64,000 bases of DNA, from NCBI GenBank assembly GCA_001897435.1, contig MKSV01000003.1, positions 651,250 through 715,249 on the forward strand, given 5' to 3'. The DNA is from Acidobacteriales bacterium 59-55. GTDB taxonomy: Bacteria; Acidobacteriota; Terriglobia; Terriglobales; Acidobacteriaceae. Shown here one piece after another: positions 14,197 to 26,837 of the stretch (position 1 is the stretch's first letter; each line of letters starts with the position of its first letter). The position numbers and the translations under genes were made by a program. The notes beneath the pieces were generated by a model. That model was given only the letters and a program-made list of their open reading frames with translations. It made no database searches and was not told the origin of the DNA.

Positions 14197-14679
14197 TCAC
14201 TCCCGGCCGAACGCACCCTTGTAGACGTCGAACTCTGCTCCGGACTCCATTAAGTAGACCGACACGATATCGAAGCGAACCGGAATCTCCCGCCTCGGCC
14301 TCTCCGGAAATGCCCGCAGATAGGCACGCGCCATCCGGCGCAGCATCTCCTTCTTGTCGTCATCGACGGCGGCCTCGGCGGGCGACATCGCATCCCGGCC
14401 GGTCCGCGTCTTCACCTCGACGAAGCAAAGCCACTCGCCGTCCCATCCGATCAGGTCGACATCGCCGCGCAGCTTTGCGTTCTTCCATCGCCGCGCCACG
14501 ATGGTATATCCCAGCCCGCGCAGATGAAACAGAGCCTCGCGCTCTCCACGCAATCCGGTCGCAAGATGCTCCGCCGAGCGCGAACCGCGGCCCAGCCTTC
14601 TGCCCAGCGCGTCCATTCGTCCGAGCATCCACACCTGCATATCGATCGCGGCGGAACGGCCAACCAAAGCTCGCATCAT
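14197..14679 (-). CDS. YraN family (UPF0102) protein
   Basis: GERxA...LGYTIVARRW, DVDLIG, FVEVKTR, RFDIVSV. Confidence 0.88.
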   Translation of the reverse strand: MMRALVGRSAAIDMQVWMLGRMDALGRRLGRGSRSAEHLATGLRGEREALFHLRGLGYTIVARRWKNAKLRGDVDLIGWDGEWLCFVEVKTRTGRDAMSPAEAAVDDDKKEMLRRMARAYLRAFPERPRREIPVRFDIVSVYLMESGAEFDVYKGAFGRE

Positions 14680-14787
14680 CCCTCTTCCGTCTTTCCCTCA
14701 ACCATCAGTGCAGCGCTCCCAGTGTAAGGGCAGCCAAACCATCCTCTACGCGTTATCCTTCAACACAGCAGAAGAACGAGGCCGGAC

Positions 14788-15447
14788 ATGAACATCATCC
14801 TCTTTGGCGCGACCGGCATGGTGGGGCAGGGCGTGCTGCGCGAGTGCCTGCTCGACCCCGACGTCCGGCAGGTTCTCTCCATCGTGCGCAGCGCCACCGG
14901 CCGGCAACACGCGAAGCTCCGCGAACTCGTCCACACCGACTTCTTCGACTACACCGGCATCGAGCGCGAACTGACCGGCTACGACGCCTGCTTCTTCTCG
15001 CTCGGCATCACCTCCGCCGGCATGGCGGAACAGCAATACCATCACGTCACCTACGACCTCACGCTCGAGGCCGCCGAGACCCTCGCCCGGCTCAACCCCG
15101 GCATGACCTTCATCTACGTCTCCGGAGCAGGCACCGACAGCACCGAATCCGGCCGCAGCATGTGGGCGCGCGTCAAGGGCAAGACTGAAAACGCGCTCCT
15201 CAATCTCTCCTTCAAACGCGCTTATATGTTTCGCCCCGGCATCATCCAGCCGCTCGATGGCATTACCTCGAAGACGCGCTCCTACCGGATCTTCTACGCG
15301 CTCGGCAAGCCTCTGCTGCCCATTTTGCGAGCGATCTCGCCGCGCATGGTCACCACCACCCGGCAGATTGGCCACGCCATGCTTCATGTGGCAAAGCACG
15401 GATATCCCGCTTCAATCCTCGAATCCAGCGATATCAACAGCCTCTGA
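14788..15447 (+). CDS. NAD(P)-binding Rossmann-fold protein (epimerase-like)
   Basis: ILFGATGMVGQG, YDACFFSLG, YVSGAGTD, RVKGKTEN. Confidence 0.85.
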   Translation: MNIILFGATGMVGQGVLRECLLDPDVRQVLSIVRSATGRQHAKLRELVHTDFFDYTGIERELTGYDACFFSLGITSAGMAEQQYHHVTYDLTLEAAETLARLNPGMTFIYVSGAGTDSTESGRSMWARVKGKTENALLNLSFKRAYMFRPGIIQPLDGITSKTRSYRIFYALGKPLLPILRAISPRMVTTTRQIGHAMLHVAKHGYPASILESSDINSL

Positions 15448-17196
<1,749 letters not shown>

Positions 17197-17198
17197 TG

Positions 17199-17227
17199 AA
17201 TTGCGGGGCCTGAAGGCTCCGCAATTC
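17199..17227 (+). terminator. Hairpin downstream of pyrG
   Basis: GAATTGCGGGGCC-TGAA-GGCTCCGCAATTC directly after the stop. Confidence 0.55.
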
Positions 17228-17509
17228 GGACCCGATTCGACGGGGAGCGCAATATTTTTCATTTATTGAAGATGCAAAAAAATGCACCTTCAATGCGCGA
17301 AATCACCTTGCGCGGGCCGTCTTCCGAGCACCGATAGTCCTCTTCGGCGCAAAATCTGTCATTTTCCTCTGAATATCCCCACGGGTGCTATTGTTTGCAC
17401 TCCGAGTGGAATTCCATTACCCGTTGACACGCCGTTACTTGCCGGACGAGCCTAAGACTTGCAGCATTCGTTTTTAAGACAGTTTTTACAGGTCGGAAAG
17501 GCTCCATCC

Positions 17510-18025
17510 ATGCGCAAATTTCTCCTTGGTCTTACCCTCATCCTGGTCGCTCCTCTGGCGGCTTACGCGTCTCCTGTCAGCTACGATCTCGTACTGACCA
17601 ACGTGATCGGAAATATCTCCGGCGGCACCGGATCGTTCACCATCGACAACGCTCCCGACACCGCCCTCAATTCGGTCTCCACCTACCTGCAGAGCGACAA
17701 CTCGCTCAGCGCCATGTCCTTCCTGATCGACGGCACCAGCTTCTCGCTCGCCGATACCTTCGGAGGCACACTCGCCCAGTTCATCTCCGGCGACCTCAGT
17801 GACATCACCTACTTCGGCATCAACTCGACCTTCACCATCTCACTGGCCGCCAACGGACTCCAGTACCAGTTCTATAACGCAGCTAACGGCGACAACTCCA
17901 TCGGAACCGTCTCCGCCTCGCTCGCAGGCGGCGACACGGCAGTACCCGAGCCCAACAGCGTCCTGCTCTTCGGCACCGGCCTGCTGGCCTTCGCCGCAAT
18001 CGGCTCGCGCAAGCTGCTCGCCTGA
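17510..18025 (+). CDS. PEP-CTERM sorting domain protein
   Basis: Signal peptide; C-terminal VPEPNSVLLFGTGLLAFAAIGSRK. Confidence 0.9.
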   Translation: MRKFLLGLTLILVAPLAAYASPVSYDLVLTNVIGNISGGTGSFTIDNAPDTALNSVSTYLQSDNSLSAMSFLIDGTSFSLADTFGGTLAQFISGDLSDITYFGINSTFTISLAANGLQYQFYNAANGDNSIGTVSASLAGGDTAVPEPNSVLLFGTGLLAFAAIGSRKLLA

Positions 18026-18156
18026 AATCATTAAAGGAACATCCGGTCAGGCAAGCCTGCGTCACTCCGCAACGAGGGGCGCAGGCTTTTTCATGCGAGC
18101 AAGAGACCGTCCCATTGTCCCTGTCGCGGACGCCGTTTTGAGCCACCCCAACCCAC

Positions 18157-18250
18157 ACGTCATCTCGACCGGAGCGGCGGGGGCCCCGGCGAGTCCGCAC
18201 TTGACTCGCTGGGGTGCAAGCGAAGCGCAGTGGAGAGACCTCTGTATTTC
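18157..18250 (+). repeat. REP-like family A, long variant
   Basis: Family A termini with internal GGGGCCCCGGCGAGT...CTTGACTCGCTGGGG also seen at 54834-54924. Confidence 0.8.
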
Positions 18251-18297
18251 GCTCTTGTTGCGGAGCAGGTCACTCTGGCAACCGCGAAACAGCGTCG

Positions 18298-19800
18298 CTA
18301 CTTCCCCGCCGGGCACACGCACCCGGCGAATCCCTTCGCCGTATCCTGCGACATCCCGCACACGTACTGCGGCCACAGCGGCTTGATCAGCGACGAGCGA
18401 TCTCCCACTACAAAGTTCCTGATATAGGCCTGGCTCGCCGCCGTCGTTGCATCGGGATCGCGGCGAAACTCCCCTACCAGCTTGCCCAGCGCCACGGCCG
18501 AGACCGCCGCCGCATGGTAGGTCGCGCCGTAGTCGTACTCCTTCGACCACACCGTATCGACACCCGTCTTGTTCGAGGCAGCGAAGACGGCATAGTCCGC
18601 CAGCGTCGCCGACGCGGTGTTGACGCGCGCCACGGTAAAGGAAGGATTGTTGCCGTTCACCGGAGAGATGGATGCGACCATCTTCACCGCCACCGTGCCG
18701 CTCTTCGCCCCCTGCACGCCCCGGCCCGGACCCAGCAGCCGCAGCTCATCCATGTGCGTGTGGGCAAAGATCGCCAGCCGCACCACGTCGGCATACTCGG
18801 CCAGCACATCACCCAGGGCATCGGACGAGAGCGACATCGCGGGCGCGTCGCCGCCGCACACGTTGCTCATCTTCGCGAAGGTCGAATAGATATCCACCCC
18901 CGGCGGTATGTGCGCCATCACCCACACTCTCTGCTTATGCCGCCGCGCCTCGTCCAGTTGCGTGCGCAGCCACTTGATCTGCGCGATGGCGACTGACCGG
19001 TCCGGCTTGCCCCCGCAGGTCGCGTACTGCGTCAGCATGAAAAGATCGTCCAGCACGATCATCCGTGTCCGGCGCATCGGCGCGGCCATCCTCACGTTAT
19101 ACGATCCGCTGGCAGCGAAGTCCGCCAGCGCCTTCGCCCGTTCTTTCGAAGACATCGTCCCCGGCAGGCCCGCGGCGACATCCTTGCCCACCGCCGCCAG
19201 AAAATCGCTGCCGCCATCCAGCCGGTTGTCGCCGCAGCCCGAATCGTTGTTCCCCAGCGCGACGTATACCGGCACGCCGGGAAACGTCCGGCGCAGCTCC
19301 GCCGTCACGTAGGCAATCGTCTTTTCGACAAAGGCGGTGTAGTCGCTCTGCGTCTTGCCCGAAGCCAGCGCCGCGAACCGGCAGGGAAAGTTATGCACCA
19401 CCAGATCCCCGCTCACGGTGATAAACCGCGCGTCCGGCGCCTCCTTCCGGGCCGCCGTCAGGCTCGACTGCAACAGTGCGTACGAGCTGTCGACGCCGCG
19501 CGCGCCGCACCGCTGCTGCAACGCGGCAAACGCCGTCGCCTGGTCCGGCGACGGCGGCTCCGCGAGAATCGCGTTCCACTCACTCGCCGGAGCATCGACC
19601 AGCCGCGCCGCCTTGGCGGGATCGTGAAACGGGTCGAAGTGAATATCGCTCACCAGCAGCGCCGGAACCGTACGCCGCGCCGCCGTATGGGCCGTCTGAC
19701 TGGCCTGTTCTGTCTGACTCGCGGCGGGCCTCGTCGTCACGCCGCAAAGCAACAGCGCCACCGAGAGACAGGCAACTCGCAAGACAATCAAACTCTTCAT
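18298..19800 (-). CDS. Secreted acid sphingomyelinase-like metallophosphoesterase
   Basis: SDIHFD, SGDLVVH, LGNNDS, HIPPG, FAHTH; signal peptide from MKSLIVLR. Confidence 0.8.
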   Translation of the reverse strand: MKSLIVLRVACLSVALLLCGVTTRPAASQTEQASQTAHTAARRTVPALLVSDIHFDPFHDPAKAARLVDAPASEWNAILAEPPSPDQATAFAALQQRCGARGVDSSYALLQSSLTAARKEAPDARFITVSGDLVVHNFPCRFAALASGKTQSDYTAFVEKTIAYVTAELRRTFPGVPVYVALGNNDSGCGDNRLDGGSDFLAAVGKDVAAGLPGTMSSKERAKALADFAASGSYNVRMAAPMRRTRMIVLDDLFMLTQYATCGGKPDRSVAIAQIKWLRTQLDEARRHKQRVWVMAHIPPGVDIYSTFAKMSNVCGGDAPAMSLSSDALGDVLAEYADVVRLAIFAHTHMDELRLLGPGRGVQGAKSGTVAVKMVASISPVNGNNPSFTVARVNTASATLADYAVFAASNKTGVDTVWSKEYDYGATYHAAAVSAVALGKLVGEFRRDPDATTAASQAYIRNFVVGDRSSLIKPLWPQYVCGMSQDTAKGFAGCVCPAGK

Positions 19801-19863
19801 CCCCGCTCCTCCACGTCTCCTGTGAAGAATAAGACATCCTCTCTCTATCGGCAGCGCAAAGAA

Positions 19864-19956
19864 CACGTCATCTCGACCGAAGGCCGCACAGCATCACGCC
19901 CACAAATGCACGTCATCTCGACCGGAGCGAAGCGCAGTGGAGAGACCCCTGTATTT
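19864..19956 (+). repeat. REP-like family A (partial plus full copy)
   Basis: Two CGTCATCTCGACC heads, one GGAGAGACCCCTGTATTT tail. Confidence 0.8.
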
Positions 19957-20006
19957 CACCATCCATCGCCACGGCAAGCCCCCTATCCATCGCGAAGAGC
20001 GTCCCG

Positions 20007-21536
20007 CTACTGCACCATCGCATCGAACGTGCCCGTCTCCACCACGCCGCCATGCTTCATCTGAATAAAGATGCGGTACCGCCCCGCCGAAGGAAAGCCA
20101 TAGGGAAACTCCACCACGTTCGACATCGGCGCGGAGTGCATCGGCATCTCCATCGCCGTGTGGTCCGGCATACCCGTCATCGCCCCGCCGGCCGCCCCGC
20201 TCTTGTCCGCCATCATCATCGCCGCCATCGCCGCCGAGCCCTCCGGATGCGTATGCGCGAAGACCGTCCCATCCGTCTTGACGAAGGCCGCGTGGCCCGC
20301 CATGCCCAGGTACGGCTGCATCTCCGTCGCCGGCTTGCCGTGGCCATCCATCAACCGAAAGCGAAAGGCATAGGCGGTATGCGCAGTGATCGTCGTGGGC
20401 CGGTCCCACACCATCACGTAGCCGTCCGGCAGCGTGTACGAACTGCCCAGCATCCCCTCACTCAGCGGAGCAGGTCTCCCCTCCGCACCCTCGCTGTCCA
20501 GCGGAACACCCGCCATCCCCGCCGGTATCTTCACGCTGGCGACCAGCGTCTCGGGAAAGCCGTTGCGATGAACCACGTCGCCATAGAGGTGATACTCGCC
20601 CTCAGGCATCGAGGGCAGCGCCACGCGAAACTCGCCCTTGCCCGCCAACACCGGGTGCAGATGGAAGACAGCGTCCATCTCCGGCCAGCGAATGACGTAG
20701 AGATGCATCAGATGCCCGTGGTCGGGCAGAAAGTCGTCGTTCGAGCGCGAGTGGCCGCCCCTCTCATCGGGATTCGCCTTCGAGGAGATCACGTTCAACT
20801 GAAGCTGATTGCCCTCGAGCACCGGCTCCATCGTCAGCGGACGAAAGACCCCAGCCGCATAGTCTGCCGCATCCACCTGCCACCACTTCGCGCCGCCCCA
20901 TACCAGCACCCCCATCAGCACCAGGCTCGCCGCCGAGGCAACCAGCGCGCGCCGCCTCAGGGCAGCCGAGGCCGTCGCTCCCGGAGCCAGGCGGGCGTCC
21001 CTCACCGCCGCCGCCACCATGCCCGCCATGCCGATCAGCAGAAACAGCCCCAGCATTCCCAGCGTGATGCCGAGGCTGCGATGCATCGTCATCGTCGACA
21101 ACGCAGCCGCCGGAACCGGCACTGCCGCCGTGTATTGTCCGCTCGCGCCCGACACCGCGAAGCGCACCTCCCACGAGCCCGACGCCATCAGCCACAGATT
21201 GCCGGTAAAGAACGCCGGATCGCTCGCCGACCGCTTCATCACATCGGGCGTCGGCGGATGGTTGGCGGCATCTCCCGTCATCGGCACCGGCGTTACCGTC
21301 ATTCCATCGACGGCGGCTCCGCTCGACCGCACCTCGATGCCCGCCACGCCCGGAATCACGGTCGGCGTGCGCACCGTGACAAAGAGCTTGTACGGCCCCG
21401 CGCTCACCTGCTCGAAGACGTCCTTGCTGCCCACATGCGCCTGCGCTACCTGCGGAGCCGCCAGCACGCCGAGCAGAAAAATCAACAGTGCCCAGCGCAC
21501 AGGAACCAACCTAACCCGGGACAAACCGATCCTCAT
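20007..21536 (-). CDS. His/Met-rich exported membrane-anchored protein, PmoB-like topology (putative copper-binding)
   Basis: Signal peptide ending AQA-H34, soluble domain, two TM helices, soluble domain with DHGHLMH, FHLHP, GHAAF...AHTHP and Met-rich stretch; ATGA overlap with upstream gene. Confidence 0.7.
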   Translation of the reverse strand: MRIGLSRVRLVPVRWALLIFLLGVLAAPQVAQAHVGSKDVFEQVSAGPYKLFVTVRTPTVIPGVAGIEVRSSGAAVDGMTVTPVPMTGDAANHPPTPDVMKRSASDPAFFTGNLWLMASGSWEVRFAVSGASGQYTAAVPVPAAALSTMTMHRSLGITLGMLGLFLLIGMAGMVAAAVRDARLAPGATASAALRRRALVASAASLVLMGVLVWGGAKWWQVDAADYAAGVFRPLTMEPVLEGNQLQLNVISSKANPDERGGHSRSNDDFLPDHGHLMHLYVIRWPEMDAVFHLHPVLAGKGEFRVALPSMPEGEYHLYGDVVHRNGFPETLVASVKIPAGMAGVPLDSEGAEGRPAPLSEGMLGSSYTLPDGYVMVWDRPTTITAHTAYAFRFRLMDGHGKPATEMQPYLGMAGHAAFVKTDGTVFAHTHPEGSAAMAAMMMADKSGAAGGAMTGMPDHTAMEMPMHSAPMSNVVEFPYGFPSAGRYRIFIQMKHGGVVETGTFDAMVQ

Positions 21537-22726
21537 CGCTGCACGCCCCTCATCCAGCGGCCGAAGCGCAGCCCCACCCATGTGCCGACCGAACCGTAAA
21601 CGGCTGCGCGCAACAAGCCCTCCCAGAGTGCGGCCCCATGATCGGGATGGAAGAAGATTCGCATCCGGTCGATCCCGTTGGGCCGCGAGTTGTAGTCGAA
21701 ATAAATCGTGCCGAAGAACCGGTTCTCCGATGCCTTCGAGAGCAGAAACGAAGCGAACGGCCACTCCACCACGGTCAGCACCGCGATAAAGACCGCACCC
21801 GACACCGCCGCCACCTGCCACGGCTTCCACGCCCGCGTCCGCTGCCACAGCAGATCGAGCGCCAGCGCCGGCACGATGATCAGGATGGGGAACTTCGCCG
21901 GAACCATGTGCGTCACCGGAAAGAAGACCGGCCCCAGCTTCGGCTCGGCGGGAAACAGCGGCAGAATCAGGATCTCGCCGATAACGAAGAGCATATAAAC
22001 CGTCGCCGCCCAGGTCGCCGCCCAGCGATGCCGCGAAGCCGCCAACAGCACCGCGAAGACCAGCGGCAGCGCGATGCCCATGGCGACATAGGCGCTCACC
22101 TGGTGCAGCTTCACATCCCACGTGTACTCCATCAGAAAGAACATCTGCCCGCCGACGATCAGGCCGCCAAGGTACAGAAACAGCCGCTGCAGCGCCCGGA
22201 AGCTGCGCTCGCCGCTCCCGCCCGCGTCCGCCGCACGGTTCATCGCCGCCAGAATCAGGAACAGCATGCCCACGCCCACCGCGCGGATGCCCAGGATCAG
22301 CAGCGTATGCGGCGGGCTCACGATCTTCACATCGAGGCCATAGGCCGCGTGCCACCAGTTATCGAACGGAGCCGAGGTCAGCATCGCGATGCCGCCCCAC
22401 GCCGCGATAAACGCCCCCAGTGGCGCGCGAAATCCGAGCACGTTCACCGAGGCAGCCTTCTTTTCGGCGGATCGCCCAAAGGTCGTCGCAAAGATCAGGT
22501 AGCCGCAGATCACCGCCGCCAGCACGCCGCACGCATAGATGGCCATGTGCGCCGGGGTCCAGAAGGTATCGCGCCCGATGGAGCGATGCCACGACACATC
22601 CCACGCGCCGCCCACCGAGGCCGACGTCACCGCCAGCACGCCGCCCCAGACGTACCACGGAACAGTACCCGAAGCCGCCTGCCCCGTCCCTTGCCCCATC
22701 GATGCGGATACCGCCGGACTCGCCAT
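21533..22726 (-). CDS. Polytopic membrane protein, PmoC/AmoC-like N-half fused to PmoA/AmoA-like C-half
   Basis: WDVSWHRSIGRDTFWTPAH (D43,H47,H60) and FDNWWHAAYGLDVKIVSPPH (D122,H126,H140); C-half WAAT..LFVIGE, FFPVTHMVP, IVPALALDLL, EWPF. Confidence 0.65.
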   Translation of the reverse strand: MASPAVSASMGQGTGQAASGTVPWYVWGGVLAVTSASVGGAWDVSWHRSIGRDTFWTPAHMAIYACGVLAAVICGYLIFATTFGRSAEKKAASVNVLGFRAPLGAFIAAWGGIAMLTSAPFDNWWHAAYGLDVKIVSPPHTLLILGIRAVGVGMLFLILAAMNRAADAGGSGERSFRALQRLFLYLGGLIVGGQMFFLMEYTWDVKLHQVSAYVAMGIALPLVFAVLLAASRHRWAATWAATVYMLFVIGEILILPLFPAEPKLGPVFFPVTHMVPAKFPILIIVPALALDLLWQRTRAWKPWQVAAVSGAVFIAVLTVVEWPFASFLLSKASENRFFGTIYFDYNSRPNGIDRMRIFFHPDHGAALWEGLLRAAVYGSVGTWVGLRFGRWMRGVQR

Positions 22727-22874
22727 CGTCCCCTCTCCTGAATAATCTATGGCCTAACCTGAGAGACATCCTCTCGAAGCTCTGCTTACCTCTCCATTAC
22801 GCGCTTCTATCGCAATATGTTCAGCCAGATCAAAGGCGCCATCTTGAAACTCCAGCCGTCTCAAAACTCAAAGG

Positions 22875-22941
22875 ACGTCATCTCGACCCAAGCAACGGAC
22901 AGCCCTATCGTCCGTTGCGCAGCGGAGAGACCCCTGTATTT
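22875..22941 (+). repeat. REP-like family A
   Basis: Family A termini with AACGGAC...GTCCGTT inner hairpin as at 4269. Confidence 0.8.
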
Positions 22942-23142
22942 CTCCTTCGTTCCCGCCCTGCCGCTCTTCCAGCCAAATCCATATCCGGCATGGCATCTTC
23001 TCAACCGCCTTGTAAAACCATCGTCCCCGCTATGCTATACCGCCAATATCCCATCCATATCCAGCCTTTTGCCCCGCTTCGTGGCATCATGGATGCAGCC
23101 GAGCTTGCACACCGCATCCGATCTACCGCATCTCATTTACTT

Positions 23143-23790
23143 ATGACGACTCAATACAATTCAGGCCGCGGCTCTTCCGGAACTTTCGTTGCCTTCCTCC
23201 TCGCCCTGATTCTGGGAGCCGTGGGCATGGTGTTCTTCCTTCGCCACGCCAACACCGGCATCCTCGCGCGCGTCGCCAACGTCATCACCGGCCGCACCAC
23301 GACTACCTTCGATACCTCCGTTCCCACCGTCGTCCAGAAGATCCAGCGCCTCAGCCGCATCGAAACCGTCGTTTACTCGCTCGACACCGTCATCGAAGGC
23401 TCGAAGTCGAGCGCCGTCCTGCCCGACCTGCTCGCCGGCGACCGCATCCTGCTGATCGTCCACGGCCAGTCCATCGCCGGCATCGACCTCTCCAAGCTCC
23501 GCTCCGAGGACGTCCGCATCAACGGCAAGTCCATCCGCGTCACCTTGCCCGCCTCCGAACTCTTCGTCACCTCGATCGACAACCAGCGCACCCGCGTCTA
23601 CGCCCGTTCCACCGGCCTGCTCACCTCGCCGGACCAGAATCTCGAATCCGAGACCCGCGCCCGCGCTCAGGCCCAGTTGCAGAAGGAAGCCCTCAGCGAT
23701 GGCATCCTCGACGCCGCCCGCAAGAACGCCCGCGACACCGTCGCCACCCTGCTCCACGGTCTCGGCTTCGAACACGTCGAGGTGATGTGA
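23143..23790 (+). CDS. DUF4230 domain protein
   Basis: N-terminal TM, VVQKIQRLSRIET, G..IAGIDLSKL, VTLPASE, GILDAARKNA. Confidence 0.78.
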   Translation: MTTQYNSGRGSSGTFVAFLLALILGAVGMVFFLRHANTGILARVANVITGRTTTTFDTSVPTVVQKIQRLSRIETVVYSLDTVIEGSKSSAVLPDLLAGDRILLIVHGQSIAGIDLSKLRSEDVRINGKSIRVTLPASELFVTSIDNQRTRVYARSTGLLTSPDQNLESETRARAQAQLQKEALSDGILDAARKNARDTVATLLHGLGFEHVEVM

Positions 23791-23901
23791 TCCGGAGGTA
23801 ACCTGAATGGAACCGGAATGTAACCATCTGCATTCATCGCTGTCGATTCCATCGAAAGACCCTCTCCCATCAGCGCCGAACCTGCGCTATCATCACACTG
23901 T

Positions 23902-24198
23902 ATGAGGTTCTGTTCGCGCTCCCGCGGCTCCGGCAAAAATACCGGGGAGATTTCTGTCTCCACGGCCGAAGTTCCCAGCGCTGCAATCTCCAGTACACAC
24001 GAAGCCTGCGCGGAAGAATCTGAATCGGTCCTCTTCAAGACCATCGGCTGGATCTCCGCCGGCCTCGGAGCCGTTGCCCTGGGTCTCTTCGTAGGCCGCG
24101 AACTGCGCATCCGCTACAAGTTCAACCGCCGCACCCCCTACGACTTCTACGCCCACTCCGGCGACGAAGACGACGTGGACTTCGGCCTCGGCATCTAG
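23902..24198 (+). CDS. Small single-TM hypothetical protein (start uncertain)
   Basis: IGWISAGLGAVALGLFVGRELRIRYKFNRRTPYDFY with host-like codon usage in 3' part. Confidence 0.5.
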   Translation: MRFCSRSRGSGKNTGEISVSTAEVPSAAISSTHEACAEESESVLFKTIGWISAGLGAVALGLFVGRELRIRYKFNRRTPYDFYAHSGDEDDVDFGLGI

Positions 24199-24255
24199 CC
24201 AAAGCAACCTGCCCCTTAAATGTTTCGTCCCGGCATTTGGTTCTGGACTGACCCT

Positions 24256-25128
24256 ATGCGCCTATTGATAACGCTCCTTGCCGCACTGACACTTTCCGCT
24301 CTCACCGAAGCGCAACAGGCTTCGCCGCCATCGGCGACCGGTGTGAACACTGCGATACACCGCTATCTCGGCTTCGACCGCAACGGATATCCCGGCGACG
24401 ACGCGCTGCCCGCGCTGCGCCGCCACTTCGCCTTCGCCGGATACTGGCTCAACAACCCGCCGGGAGCCTCCGGGAACGGTTGGCAGGGCAAACGCGAACT
24501 CCTGCGGCGGCAGGGCTTCGGCTTCCTCGTCCTGTTCAATGGCAGGCTCGACGCCGAGATCGTCAAGGCGCAGAAGTCCGGCACCGCGCCCGGTCTACTC
24601 GGGAAAAACGACGCTGCCGCCGCCATTGCCGCCGCCCGCCGCGAGAGCTTCCCACCCGGCACCATCCTCTTTCTCGATCAGGAGGAGGGAGGGCGTCTGC
24701 TCCCCGGGCAGGCTGCCTACCTCTTCGCCTGGACCGAGGCCGTCACGGACTCCGGCTATCGTTCCGGCGTCTACGCCAGCGGCCAGACGGTCGACGAGGG
24801 CCACGGTCACACCATTACTACCGCCGAGGACATTCGCAGCCACGTCGCGTCTCAGCATCTGCACCCCATCGCCCTTTGGGTGGCGCAGGATGCCTGTCCG
24901 CCTTCAAACGGCTGCGTTTTGCAGGCTCCGGCGCTCGCGGCCAGCGGAACGCCGGACGCGCTGGCGTGGCAATTTGCCCAGTCGCCACGCCGCAAGGCCA
25001 TCACCGCCGCCTGCGCTCGTAGCTATGCCGCCGACGGCAACTGCTATGCTCCTGATCTGCCGGGCCTGTTTCTCGATCTCGACGTCGCCGCTTCGCCCGA
25101 CCCTTCCAACGGGCGCGGTAACCAGTGA
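24256..25128 (+). CDS. DUF1906 / glycoside hydrolase-like secreted protein
   Basis: LGFDRNGYPG, FAGYWL, LFLDQEEG, SGVYAS, WQFAQS; signal peptide. Confidence 0.7.
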   Translation: MRLLITLLAALTLSALTEAQQASPPSATGVNTAIHRYLGFDRNGYPGDDALPALRRHFAFAGYWLNNPPGASGNGWQGKRELLRRQGFGFLVLFNGRLDAEIVKAQKSGTAPGLLGKNDAAAAIAAARRESFPPGTILFLDQEEGGRLLPGQAAYLFAWTEAVTDSGYRSGVYASGQTVDEGHGHTITTAEDIRSHVASQHLHPIALWVAQDACPPSNGCVLQAPALAASGTPDALAWQFAQSPRRKAITAACARSYAADGNCYAPDLPGLFLDLDVAASPDPSNGRGNQ

Positions 25129-25243
25129 AGCCAGGTTTCTCCGGTTACATTTGAGCTTATGTAACCAGAGAAGTGCATTGTCTCCAGTTACAGTGCTGTG
25201 GGCCGCGGTTTGCCCACCCTTCCAGCGAAGCCTACAATGAAAC

Positions 25244-26692
<1,449 letters not shown>

Positions 26693-26837
26693 TCGGGCCA
26701 CGGTACACGGCGTCATTGCAGGTACGCACGTTATTTTTAGGCGTTGATGCGGGTCGCGGGTACGGGGCAGTGATTTTTCTGATTTTTTTTATATCCCATG
26801 GAATCGAGCCCATGCGCACCGTATCAGGAGGTACAGA

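Noticed and set aside
17200-17509. Riboswitch or sigma-54 promoter upstream of PEP-CTERM genes (also 51250-51580)
   Set aside because: No recognisable aptamer or TGGCAC-N5-TTGC consensus by eye.
18298-19800. Phosphoesterase as a third member of the PmoC-like operon
   Set aside because: Separated by about 200 bp containing REP copies; no functional link evident.
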